A stretch of 44,786 nucleotides of DNA. Origin: a virus. Lineage: Duplodnaviria > Caudoviricetes. Below are positions 28,253 to 35,465 of the stretch, piece by piece; position 1 is the first letter of the stretch, and each line of letters starts with the position of its first letter. The stretch lies in IMG/VR virus record IMGVR_UViG_3300013829_000018, positions 1 to 44,786 of that record; one strand, written 5' to 3'. The position numbers were made by a program, and so were the translations under genes. The notes under the pieces are model-generated. The model was not told the origin of the DNA. It did not search any database and worked only from the letters and a program-made list of their open reading frames with translations.

Positions 28253-28930
28253 ATGGAAATCTTGCACTATGACCGCGTGACGCGCGAACTTCTGGGGCCG
28301 GGCGTCGCCGACCCCGACCCGTTGACCGATGGAGTTTGGCTGATTCCGGCGCACGCCGTTGCCGCTGATGCCGCGCCCCTGCCGCCTACCCGTGATGGGT
28401 ACGCCCGCGTGCTGAATGCCACGGGTGATGGCTGGGACTACATGGAAGACCACCGGGGTATGACTGGCTACGTCAATGGCGTGGCCGTGACCATCACCGA
28501 CATGGGACCGCTGCCCGAAGGGTGGAGCGGGGTAGAGCCCACCCAGCCGCAGGCCAGTGTCGCTGCCGCCAAGCAGGCGCAGATCCGCGACGGGGCAGAG
28601 GCCGTGCTCGCGCCCCTGAAGGCGGAATATGGCCCGACGGAAATCGCATCGTGGGACCAGCAGTACGAGGAAGCCAACGCCCTGGAGGCCAACCCCGACG
28701 CTCCCGCGCCCCTGGTACGCGCCATCGCGGCCGCGCGGGGCATGGACGCCGCCGCGCTGGCCGCGCGCATCCGGGCCAACCGCGCCGCGTGGGTGGCCAT
28801 CTCCGGCCACGTCGTCGGCCAGCGGCTGGCATATCAGGACGCCCTGGACGCGGCCGCAGCCCTGCCCGACGAGGACGAGGCCCGCGCGGCCATCATGGCC
28901 ATCGTGCCGGTGTACACGCTGCCGGGCTAG
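28253..28930 (+). CDS. Tail fibre assembly chaperone-like protein
   Basis: YD..T.E..G..DPDP..WLIPAHA, WDYMEDHRG, GPLPEGW; C-terminal EIASW.QQ..EA..APL..IAAARG domain. Confidence 0.85.
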   Translation: MEILHYDRVTRELLGPGVADPDPLTDGVWLIPAHAVAADAAPLPPTRDGYARVLNATGDGWDYMEDHRGMTGYVNGVAVTITDMGPLPEGWSGVEPTQPQASVAAAKQAQIRDGAEAVLAPLKAEYGPTEIASWDQQYEEANALEANPDAPAPLVRAIAAARGMDAAALAARIRANRAAWVAISGHVVGQRLAYQDALDAAAALPDEDEARAAIMAIVPVYTLPG

Positions 28931-28964
28931 GCCGAGACCTGACTGCACACGGCGATACCCCCTC

Positions 28965-28993
28965 AAGCCCCCGACCACTGTCGGGGGCTTTTT
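28965..28993 (+). terminator. Rho-independent terminator of the late operon
   Basis: AAGCCCCCGAC-cact-GTCGGGGGCTT-TTT. Confidence 0.88.
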
Positions 28994-29050
28994 ATGTATT
29001 GAATGCATATTTTTGTTGACGCCGCGCCAGGAAGTATATATTGAATACAC
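28994..29050 (+). promoter_or_regulatory. hicAB promoter with two imperfect palindromic operators
   Basis: TTGACG 29016-29021, TATATT 29037-29042; ATGTATT-G-AATGCAT (28994-29008) and ATATATT-G-AATACAC (29036-29050). Confidence 0.65.
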
Positions 29051-29236
29051 ATGGACAGCAGGGAAATACTCAAGCGGCTGAAGGCGGAAGGGTGGTACGA
29101 AATCGGACAACGCGGTTCCCATGTCCAGCTGAAGCACCCCGAACGGCCCGGCAAGGTCACGGTGCCCCACCCGCGAAAGGACGTCCCCCTGAAAACCCAA
29201 AGGAGCATAGAGCAGCAGTCGGGAACCAAGATGTGA
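29051..29236 (+). CDS. hicA: HicA family toxin (mRNA interferase)
   Basis: REILKRLKAEGW..RGSHVQLKHP..GKVTVPHPRKD. Confidence 0.96.
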   Translation: MDSREILKRLKAEGWYEIGQRGSHVQLKHPERPGKVTVPHPRKDVPLKTQRSIEQQSGTKM

Positions 29237-29293
29237 AGGGGAGGGGGGCAACCCCCTCCACCTTGCCCCGGCGCGCCAGCTCATGGAGGATAT

Positions 29294-29701
29294 ATGCGAT
29301 ACTACGTGGCATTTCTGGACCCGGAAGGAGACGGCAGCGCGTACAACGTGACCTTTCCGGACCTGCCCGGCTGCATCAGCTGCGGCGATACCGTGGACGA
29401 GGCCGTGGCCATGGCCACGGAGGCGTTGCCCCTGCACCTGGAAGGCATGCAGGCGGACGGGGACGCCATCCCCGATCCCACCCCCCTGGAACGCATCGCC
29501 CGCGCCCCGGAACTGGCCCAGGCCTTCGCCGTGCTTATCCCCGCGCCGGACATGGCCAAGCCCAAGCCGGTGCGCCTTTCCATCACCATGCGGGAGGACA
29601 TCTTGCACAAGGTGGACGCGGCGGCAGAGGCGGAGGGCATGACCAGATCCGGCTTTCTGGCGGCGGCCGCGCAGGACTTCATCCGGCGGCAGAGCGTGTA
29701 A
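29294..29701 (+). CDS. hicB: HicB family antitoxin with C-terminal RHH
   Basis: VTFPDLPGCISCGDT.DEA..MA.EAL, IPDPT, VRLSITM..L..VD..TRSGFL. Confidence 0.96.
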   Translation: MRYYVAFLDPEGDGSAYNVTFPDLPGCISCGDTVDEAVAMATEALPLHLEGMQADGDAIPDPTPLERIARAPELAQAFAVLIPAPDMAKPKPVRLSITMREDILHKVDAAAEAEGMTRSGFLAAAAQDFIRRQSV

Positions 29702-29809
29702 GGCAGGACGGGGTTGATGAAGTTATGGAAGGCGGAAGAAGTGGGTGATAACCAGTGTCCCGAGGTTATTTCCCGTTGACTTAAAGCAACCAGTTGGTAG
29801 AACCTCGAA

Positions 29810-29937
29810 ATGGAAGAAGCGCGAAGGTTCCAGCTTCGCGCTTCCTCGGGCCTAGTAGCTACTTTGCGGCACCGGCCCTGTCCTTCAGGACAACTTGGCG
29901 GCCTCCTTGCTCACGCGGGGAGGCTGTCCGCGTTTCA
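29810..29937 (+). ncRNA. Putative structured antisense/antitoxin sRNA (ends approximate)
   Basis: Upstream TTGACT-16-(TG)TAGAAC; hairpins at 29816-29844, 29848-29878, 29879-29892 and 29897-29928. Confidence 0.45.
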
Positions 29938-29945
29938 ATGTCCCG

Positions 29946-30020
29946 CTACCAGCGGGACAGCGCCCACATGACGATCACGTTGGTGATCTGCCATGCGAAC
30001 ATCAGGTCGGATTTGCTTAT
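29946..30020 (-). CDS. Putative 24-aa hydrophobic peptide (type I toxin-like), ATA start
   Basis: AAAGGAG 7 nt before ATA; (M)SKSDLMFAWQITNVIVMWALSRW*; GC3-rich codons. Confidence 0.5.
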   Translation of the reverse strand: MSKSDLMFAWQITNVIVMWALSRW

Positions 30021-30268
30021 AGTGCAACTCCTTTCGATGTCTGCGCTACTTGGTGCCGCGTTGAGAAGTGTATAGCCGAAAAACGACCGGGCCGGATGAT
30101 GGGACGTTCATCCGGACGCGGTATTTCAACGCAATTAAATGTAATAGTAGGATAAAAAAATTATTCTGCGGTGGCGAGGACGCGCGCTTGCTTGTCCCGT
30201 TGCGTTGAATACGATACCGACCAACGCGCCTATCTTCTCACCGTCCGGCCACGCGTTATGATGCGCCC

Positions 30269-30568
30269 ATGTCCGCCGATGATTCCCGCCTGTTCGACCC
30301 CTTGGCCTGGCTGCTGACCAACGGCTGCAAGCCGGAGGTGCTGCGCGACGCTGAAGGCCGCCCGCGCCGCCTGCTGTTGCACCACGATAGGCGCGGCATG
30401 GGCGTGCCGGAACGCATGGCCCGCGCCACCATGATGGCGGAGCGGTTCAAAGGGCTTATCCTGCTGCAGCTGGACGTGGAAAAGGGCCAGCGCCCGCGCT
30501 CCGTGCGCTGGCTGCTGGCCCATGGGATCATCGAGTTGCGGCGGGGACGGTACGTGCGGCGGGGCTGA
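30269..30568 (+). CDS. Hypothetical phage protein
   Basis: 99-aa ORF; TATGAT -10 box 6 nt before ATG; ends at a hairpin. Confidence 0.65.
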   Translation: MSADDSRLFDPLAWLLTNGCKPEVLRDAEGRPRRLLLHHDRRGMGVPERMARATMMAERFKGLILLQLDVEKGQRPRSVRWLLAHGIIELRRGRYVRRG

Positions 30569-30598
30569 CAGAAAGGCCGCCAGCGGGCGGCCTGTCAG
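30565..30598. terminator. Hairpin between convergent genes
   Basis: AGGCCGCC-agcg-GGCGGCCT with CTGAC/GTCAG extension; no clear U-tract. Confidence 0.5.
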
Positions 30599-30600
30599 GG

Positions 30601-30738
30601 TTACTTCTTCTTCGGCCCGGTGCGAACGCGCTCCTTCTCCGTCGTCGCTGGGTGCTTCTTGGCGTAATCCTCCGTGACGAACTGGCCGTCCTTCGAATCA
30701 CGATGCACCGTCTTCTTCGGCTCTTCCTTCTTGGCCAT
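30601..30738 (-). CDS. 45-aa basic small protein (not in the ORF track)
   Basis: GAGG SD; MAKKEEPKKTVHRDSKDGQFVTEDYAKKHPATTEKERVRTGPKKK*; strongly biased codons. Confidence 0.8.
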   Translation of the reverse strand: MAKKEEPKKTVHRDSKDGQFVTEDYAKKHPATTEKERVRTGPKKK

Positions 30739-30800
30739 GGTCACATCCTCACATCTCATCCGCTATGGATGGTTGCGCCCTCCCTTGGGCTTTGAGGGTG

Positions 30801-31118
30801 TCAACTTTCTTCCGGGGGCGAGTTGCCGCTTTCGGGGTCTGGCTTTCGCGTGGCCAGGTCCTTTGCATGAAAGGATGCCTCCCAGAAACGGCCCTCGACC
30901 TTTGAGAACTTGTCGCGCAACGTGAAGAGCGTGTCTTTTTGTACGACCAGTGCGTCAGCTATCAGTGCTGGCAGGACATTAACAGCACATTGCGTGCAGC
31001 AGTAGATGCGGGAATTGCCCTGCCAAAAGGCCGAGCTTCGGCTTCCGCAGAACGAACATCTAGTGTCCCCGTGCTTCTGTCCTTCATCGGCAATGCTTTC
31101 TGCTGTTAGGCGTGCCAT
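30801..31118 (-). CDS. Small C4 zinc-ribbon protein (ClpX-N-like CSFCG...C..C)
   Basis: GGAGG SD; CSFCG and CCTQC. Confidence 0.7.
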   Translation of the reverse strand: MARLTAESIADEGQKHGDTRCSFCGSRSSAFWQGNSRIYCCTQCAVNVLPALIADALVVQKDTLFTLRDKFSKVEGRFWEASFHAKDLATRKPDPESGNSPPEES

Positions 31119-31145
31119 GTTGCCCTCCGTTGCGCGAACCCTTGT

Positions 31146-31877
31146 TTACCGAGTCGTTACCTTGACGTGCCAGTAGTCCACGTTCTTCCCGGCAGGGAAG
31201 GCTTCCACGCTCCGGATGCCGTTGGCCCCATCCCACCGGATGGTCGCGGCGGACGCAAAGGCAGGGGCGGCGGGTATGCCGATGGCCTGTCCGCAGGCCG
31301 GGCCAAAAGGCACGGGCGCGTCCTTGCCGGGGGTTATCTCCAGCCAGTCGGCCTTGCCACCGATGAAGGTGATTTCCACGCTGCCGCCGTCCTTCAGGGC
31401 GTAGCGGCGCTTTTGCCCGTACTTGCTCTTGTCCTTCGCCACCGGTTTGCCCAGCAGCTTCGCCACGGCGGCCTCGTCCTTCCCGGCCAGCGTGGTCACG
31501 TCCACCAGCTGCGCGGCGGGTGTGGTTGCATCCCCCTTGGCCAGTTGGGGGCAGTCCGCCTTGCCCAGCTCCACCCATTTGCCCGCAGGCTGGTCTTCGT
31601 CCAGCACGTGGACGATGGCGCCGCCAACGCCCTTGGCGGCCAGCGTGCCGCATATCCCCCGCGCGAAGGCATCGAAAGTGCCCGGCTGTTTGCCCTGGCC
31701 GGTTACACCTACCAGCAAGGACGGAATGCTGCGATTGTTCCAGGCGGCGCTGCGCACGTCGGTGCGCGCCCTCACGGCCGACAGGGCAGCGTCAAGTTCC
31801 GGGCCGTCGGCCGCAGCCGCAGAAAGCGCGGCCAGTGGTGCCATAAGCAAGCATGCAACGATAACGAGATGTCTCAT
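31146..31877 (-). CDS. Secreted/periplasmic protein (lysogenic moron)
   Basis: AAGGAG SD; Sec-type signal MRHLVIVACLLMAPLAALSAAAA; 9 bp downstream of cI. Confidence 0.8.
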   Translation of the reverse strand: MRHLVIVACLLMAPLAALSAAAADGPELDAALSAVRARTDVRSAAWNNRSIPSLLVGVTGQGKQPGTFDAFARGICGTLAAKGVGGAIVHVLDEDQPAGKWVELGKADCPQLAKGDATTPAAQLVDVTTLAGKDEAAVAKLLGKPVAKDKSKYGQKRRYALKDGGSVEITFIGGKADWLEITPGKDAPVPFGPACGQAIGIPAAPAFASAATIRWDGANGIRSVEAFPAGKNVDYWHVKVTTR

Positions 31878-31886
31878 GCGGACTCC

Positions 31887-32537
31887 TTACAGACGCCTCC
31901 GCACGTAGATTACGGGGGCAATGATTTCGATATGTTCCTTGCTTTCATCAATATGAAAAGGTTTCCGTTCACCGTCCCGGTCGGGGTCCCCCCATCCCTT
32001 GAGCCGGACGTCGCCCGCCCGCTCTCCCACCCCTAGGAACAGCTTGACTGAAGCCAGCCCGTCTTTTCTGGCGACATACACCGCGTCGCCTGGCAGCGGG
32101 TCTTGGTCTGGATCCGCGTAGCAGACCTGGCCGGACGATATCCCGGCAGGCACCATGGACTCGCCGAAGGCGATAACAGCCACGGTTCTGGGCCCCACTA
32201 CGGGCAGCGTGGCGCTTACCGCCACCGGCATGACCTGGTTCCACCCTTGGATGCCGCACGAGGCAAGGCCCATCATGGGCACGGCGCGCAACTGCGTGTC
32301 GGGGGGCGTCGGCCGGTCGGACACCAGCATCTCGCCTTCGCCAAAGTACAGCCACTCCCGCGCTATTTCGGGGTAGATTTCCAAGATTTGCGGCAGCAAA
32401 GGCCACAAGTTGTCCTGGCGTTTGGCGTTCAGGTACCCCTGAAATCGGCTTTGCGCCATGCCAAGCCGTGCGGCAAGGCTTGTCTGCGACCCGGCGACCA
32501 AGGCGGCTATACGCCTAACGCGCTCGAATAATTCCAT
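31887..32537 (-). CDS. CI-like repressor (HTH plus S24 autopeptidase)
   Basis: SQTSLAARLGMAQSRF HTH, WLYFGEG, CG putative cleavage site, GESM (Ser) and VKLF (Lys); divergent from a cro-like gene. Confidence 0.9.
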   Translation of the reverse strand: MELFERVRRIAALVAGSQTSLAARLGMAQSRFQGYLNAKRQDNLWPLLPQILEIYPEIAREWLYFGEGEMLVSDRPTPPDTQLRAVPMMGLASCGIQGWNQVMPVAVSATLPVVGPRTVAVIAFGESMVPAGISSGQVCYADPDQDPLPGDAVYVARKDGLASVKLFLGVGERAGDVRLKGWGDPDRDGERKPFHIDESKEHIEIIAPVIYVRRRL

Positions 32538-32643
32538 AATATTATTCTTTTGGTAGAAAAACGAAAAACACATTGCGCTAACCTAGAATCTCGGTTAGCG
32601 TCGATTCCAACACATCCGGAAACCTCAAAAGCAGGTGGCGACC
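32538..32643. promoter_or_regulatory. Lysis/lysogeny switch region
   Basis: AT-rich divergent gap; TTGCGC(32573)-17-TAGCGT(32596); inverted repeat CGCTAACC/GGTTAGCG (32576-32600) over the promoter. Confidence 0.7.
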
Positions 32644-32940
32644 ATGCAATTAGGTATCGCGCCGACCCTAACCGAACTTTCCCGCCAAGAAAAGCTGCGC
32701 CTGTGGATGGAGCGCGCGGGGGTGACCTTCATCTCCCTTGCCCTGGGCGTGGGCATCAATCCCGCCGTGCTGGGGCGGCAGTGCAAGCAAGACACCATGC
32801 CCGCCCGAAACCACAGCGCGCTGCTGGCCCAAGGCGTGCCCGCTGAACTGCTGCCCGTTCCCCTGGACCAGCGGCCCGGCCCCAAGCCGCGCGCCCGCTG
32901 TGCGTCCGCGCACCCGGCACCGCACGCGGCCACGGCCTAG
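32644..32940 (+). CDS. Cro-like HTH protein
   Basis: First gene divergent from cI; LRLWMERAGVTFISLALGVGI. Confidence 0.65.
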   Translation: MQLGIAPTLTELSRQEKLRLWMERAGVTFISLALGVGINPAVLGRQCKQDTMPARNHSALLAQGVPAELLPVPLDQRPGPKPRARCASAHPAPHAATA

Positions 32941-33010
32941 CACGCCGCATCGTCTCCTTATTTTGCCATAACCGCGCGCCAGTAAATGAGAAAGGCAGGG
33001 CTAGTCTCTC

Positions 33011-33469
33011 ATGGATGACTCACTCCTCGACATCCTGCGCGAAGACGCAAAGCGCGCCCCCTCCGGGCGCAAGGCCGACCGTATCGCGGAGCTGCTGGGC
33101 AAGGGCTACTCCACGCTGATGAACGAACTGAACGGGTCCATACCCGGTCACAAGTTCGGCGTGATGCACCTCATTCCGTTCATGGAGGCAACCGGCTCCA
33201 TCCGCCCGTTGGACTACCTGGCCGGTGCTATGGGCGCGGTGGTTATCCGCCTGCCCAAGGCGGGGCAGGGCGGCTGCACGATGGAGCGCGATGCCGTGGC
33301 TACCGTGCGCGAGTTCGGCGAGTTGATGGGCACCGTGGGCGCGGCGCTGGACGATGGGCGCATCAGCCCCGACGAGCGCCGCCGCATAACCCGCGAGGGG
33401 TACGAGGCAATGCAGTCCATCATGACGCTGCTCAAGCGGGTGGAGGACGCGGACGATGAACGCTGCTGA
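33011..33469 (+). CDS. Phage regulatory CII family protein (186/P2-type)
   Basis: IAELLGKGYSTLMNELN..HKFG, EFGELM..ALDDGRISPDE. Confidence 0.85.
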   Translation: MDDSLLDILREDAKRAPSGRKADRIAELLGKGYSTLMNELNGSIPGHKFGVMHLIPFMEATGSIRPLDYLAGAMGAVVIRLPKAGQGGCTMERDAVATVREFGELMGTVGAALDDGRISPDERRRITREGYEAMQSIMTLLKRVEDADDERC

Positions 33470-33674
33470 CAGCCGCCATGCCGCACCCCGCGCCGAAGAG
33501 CGCCCGCCGACGCTGTTTGAGCGGTCGCTCGTCGCCCGCTGTCTGGGTGAAGAGTTGGTGATGCATGTGCTCAACCGGCGGTGGGAACAGGCCCGGGCGC
33601 AGGGCGCCCTGTTCGACATGAACCCGGCCCGGGGCACCGCCTGCGTGCGGCGGGTTGCCCGGGCGCGGCAGTAG
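33456..33674 (+). CDS. Hypothetical early protein
   Basis: GGAGG SD; overlaps the cII-like stop. Confidence 0.55.
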   Translation: MNAADSRHAAPRAEERPPTLFERSLVARCLGEELVMHVLNRRWEQARAQGALFDMNPARGTACVRRVARARQ

Positions 33675-33688
33675 CAGGGGGAAAGGTC

Positions 33689-34114
33689 ATGGCCGTGAAC
33701 GTGTTCTGCCAGCAATGCGGCAGGGAATTCAGCGTCAGCGGTGCCCGTTTCGCCCAAGGCCGTGGACGGTTCTGCAGCAAGGAATGCTTCGACCAGCACC
33801 GCAGAAAGGGCCGGTCCAGCCACTGCGCCCACTGCGGCAGGCCCATGCCGCAATCCGCCCGGCCGGAGACGCGGTACTGCTCGCGCGAATGCGTGACTGC
33901 GGGGCGCAAGGCCGGGGTAACGCGCACCTGCGTGGTGTGCGGGGCGACGTTCGTGTCCGTGCCTCCGTACGGTCACACTTGCAGCACCCTGTGCGAGGCG
34001 ATGCAGGGCGGCGTGCGCCCGGCGTTCGATGATCCGTGGGCCTGCGGCGACATTCCGCCCGATCGCTATGCGCGGGACCTGTACCGCGCGGCTGACCCTG
34101 TTCTTGGTTTTTAG
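33689..34114 (+). CDS. Multi zinc-finger protein
   Basis: Three CxxC...CSxxC units (CQQC/FCSKEC, CAHC/YCSREC, CVVC/TCSTLC). Confidence 0.75.
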   Translation: MAVNVFCQQCGREFSVSGARFAQGRGRFCSKECFDQHRRKGRSSHCAHCGRPMPQSARPETRYCSRECVTAGRKAGVTRTCVVCGATFVSVPPYGHTCSTLCEAMQGGVRPAFDDPWACGDIPPDRYARDLYRAADPVLGF

Positions 34115-34123
34115 GAGGCCGCC

Positions 34124-34381
34124 ATGTCCCGCCGCCTGCACCCCTCCGTGGTCATAGCCGAAGAAGCAAATCTGATGCTGCAACGGGCCGAAGCCTTCGC
34201 CGCCAGGCGCGACCTGCACCAGGCGGACAAGGCCAACCTGTGGCCGGTGCTGAAGGGCCTGCGCGAGATACGCAACCGCCACCGCGCCCAGCTGGGGCAG
34301 CTGTCCGACCTGGACGCTGCCGCCGCGACATCCACACCGGGCGACGCCGCAGGGCAGGGGGAACACCATGCCGATTTCTGA
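34124..34381 (+). CDS. Hypothetical early protein
   Basis: AGGAGG SD. Confidence 0.65.
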   Translation: MSRRLHPSVVIAEEANLMLQRAEAFAARRDLHQADKANLWPVLKGLREIRNRHRAQLGQLSDLDAAAATSTPGDAAGQGEHHADF

Positions 34382-34508
34382 CCCGTGGCTGTGGGGCCCC
34401 GCCGCCGTTCTGCTGGCGCTGGTCGCATTCAGCTTCCGCATGGCGGCCCGCGCGCGCCGCATCCACCGCGAAACGTCACCCATCCTCGTCCGTCGGGGGC
34501 GAGGCTAA
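34368..34508 (+). CDS. 46-aa single-TM protein (not in the ORF track)
   Basis: MPISDPWLWGPAAVLLALVAFSFRMAARARRIHRETSPILVRRGRG*; fills the operon gap; G-rich SD. Confidence 0.55.
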   Translation: MPISDPWLWGPAAVLLALVAFSFRMAARARRIHRETSPILVRRGRG

Positions 34509-34544
34509 CCGAGCCGCCCCGCAGGGGCACGCAAGGAGGCTCAC

Positions 34545-35018
34545 ATGACCAGGCTCACGACGACGCACACCGAGAGTTTCGAGGGGGCCTATGCCCGCAT
34601 CCGCGAGGCGCTAGGTATCCGCACCCAGATGCAGCTGGCGGAGGTGCTGGGCATTCGCCAGTCCAGCATCAGCGACGCCAAGCGGCGCGAATCCATCCCG
34701 TCGGACTGGCTGCTTACCCTGGCGCTTGACCACGGCCTGCACCCCACGTGGGTGCTCACCGGCACGGGCGGCAAGTTCATGATCGCGTCCGACCAGTCCA
34801 CGGGCATGCTGTTGGGCGACGAACTGGACCGCATCAAGGCGGACGCCGCCGAGCGCGCCCGGCAGGACGTCATAGACGGGCTGGGCGTGAGCGCGCTGCT
34901 GTCGCTGCTGCGGCAGGCCCTGCCCCAGGACGTGACCCTGCGCATGGAGATGCCCGGCGGGGCCAGCGGCATGGTCCGCATGGACGGCCGCGCACCCGCT
35001 GTCGTGGCGGCCGCATGA
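34545..35018 (+). CDS. Phage CI-type HTH DNA-binding protein
   Basis: RIREALGIRTQMQLAEVLGIRQSSISDAKRR.SIP.DWL..WVLTG.G; AAGGAGG SD. Confidence 0.85.
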   Translation: MTRLTTTHTESFEGAYARIREALGIRTQMQLAEVLGIRQSSISDAKRRESIPSDWLLTLALDHGLHPTWVLTGTGGKFMIASDQSTGMLLGDELDRIKADAAERARQDVIDGLGVSALLSLLRQALPQDVTLRMEMPGGASGMVRMDGRAPAVVAAA

Positions 35019-35464
35019 AACCCACGGTCGGCGCCGTCGTCATTGTCGGGGCGCTGCTGACGTTCGGATCCATGGCAACGCTGGTCGGCAGCTGCGGCAG
35101 GGAGGAGGCGAAGATGGAAGGCAAGAGCGAAGAGGCGATGATGGAAGAATCCCGGAAGGTCGTGCGGGAGCAACTGCATGAAGTCCTCTCCCAGGTTGAA
35201 TCGACCACGGGCGGGATATTCATTGCCGTGCTTCAGGATGCAGCGGGGGTGTCAATCAAGATGGCCGCCCTGGGCGCGATAGAAGATCCGCGCATGATGG
35301 CGGATGCGCTTCTCGAGGCGAACCGCGCAGCCATGAAGGCACTGCGGGCAGCAGACCCCTGCGATTGCCCGGACTGCCGGGCCAACAGGGCGGATACCTC
35401 GTCACCGTTCGTGGTGATTGGCACCGCCCCCGGCTCGGCCCACGGCCCCTTGAAGGACAACTGA
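35015..35464 (+). CDS. Hypothetical protein with N-terminal hydrophobic/lipoprotein-like signal
   Basis: ATGA overlap; MKPTVGAVVIVGALL..LVGSC; CDCPDC near the C-terminus; true start uncertain. Confidence 0.55.
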   Translation: MKPTVGAVVIVGALLTFGSMATLVGSCGREEAKMEGKSEEAMMEESRKVVREQLHEVLSQVESTTGGIFIAVLQDAAGVSIKMAALGAIEDPRMMADALLEANRAAMKALRAADPCDCPDCRANRADTSSPFVVIGTAPGSAHGPLKDN

Positions 35465-35465
35465 C

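Noticed and set aside
29794-30155. Plus-strand ORFs 29794-30075 and 29895-30155 as proteins
   Set aside because: TTG starts without SD, atypical composition, and they run through dense hairpins; the sRNA plus minus-strand peptide model fits better
27207-30600. Diversity-generating retroelement or invertible tail-fibre cassette
   Set aside because: No reverse transcriptase, no second copy of the fibre 3' end, no invertase and no inverted fibre genes seen
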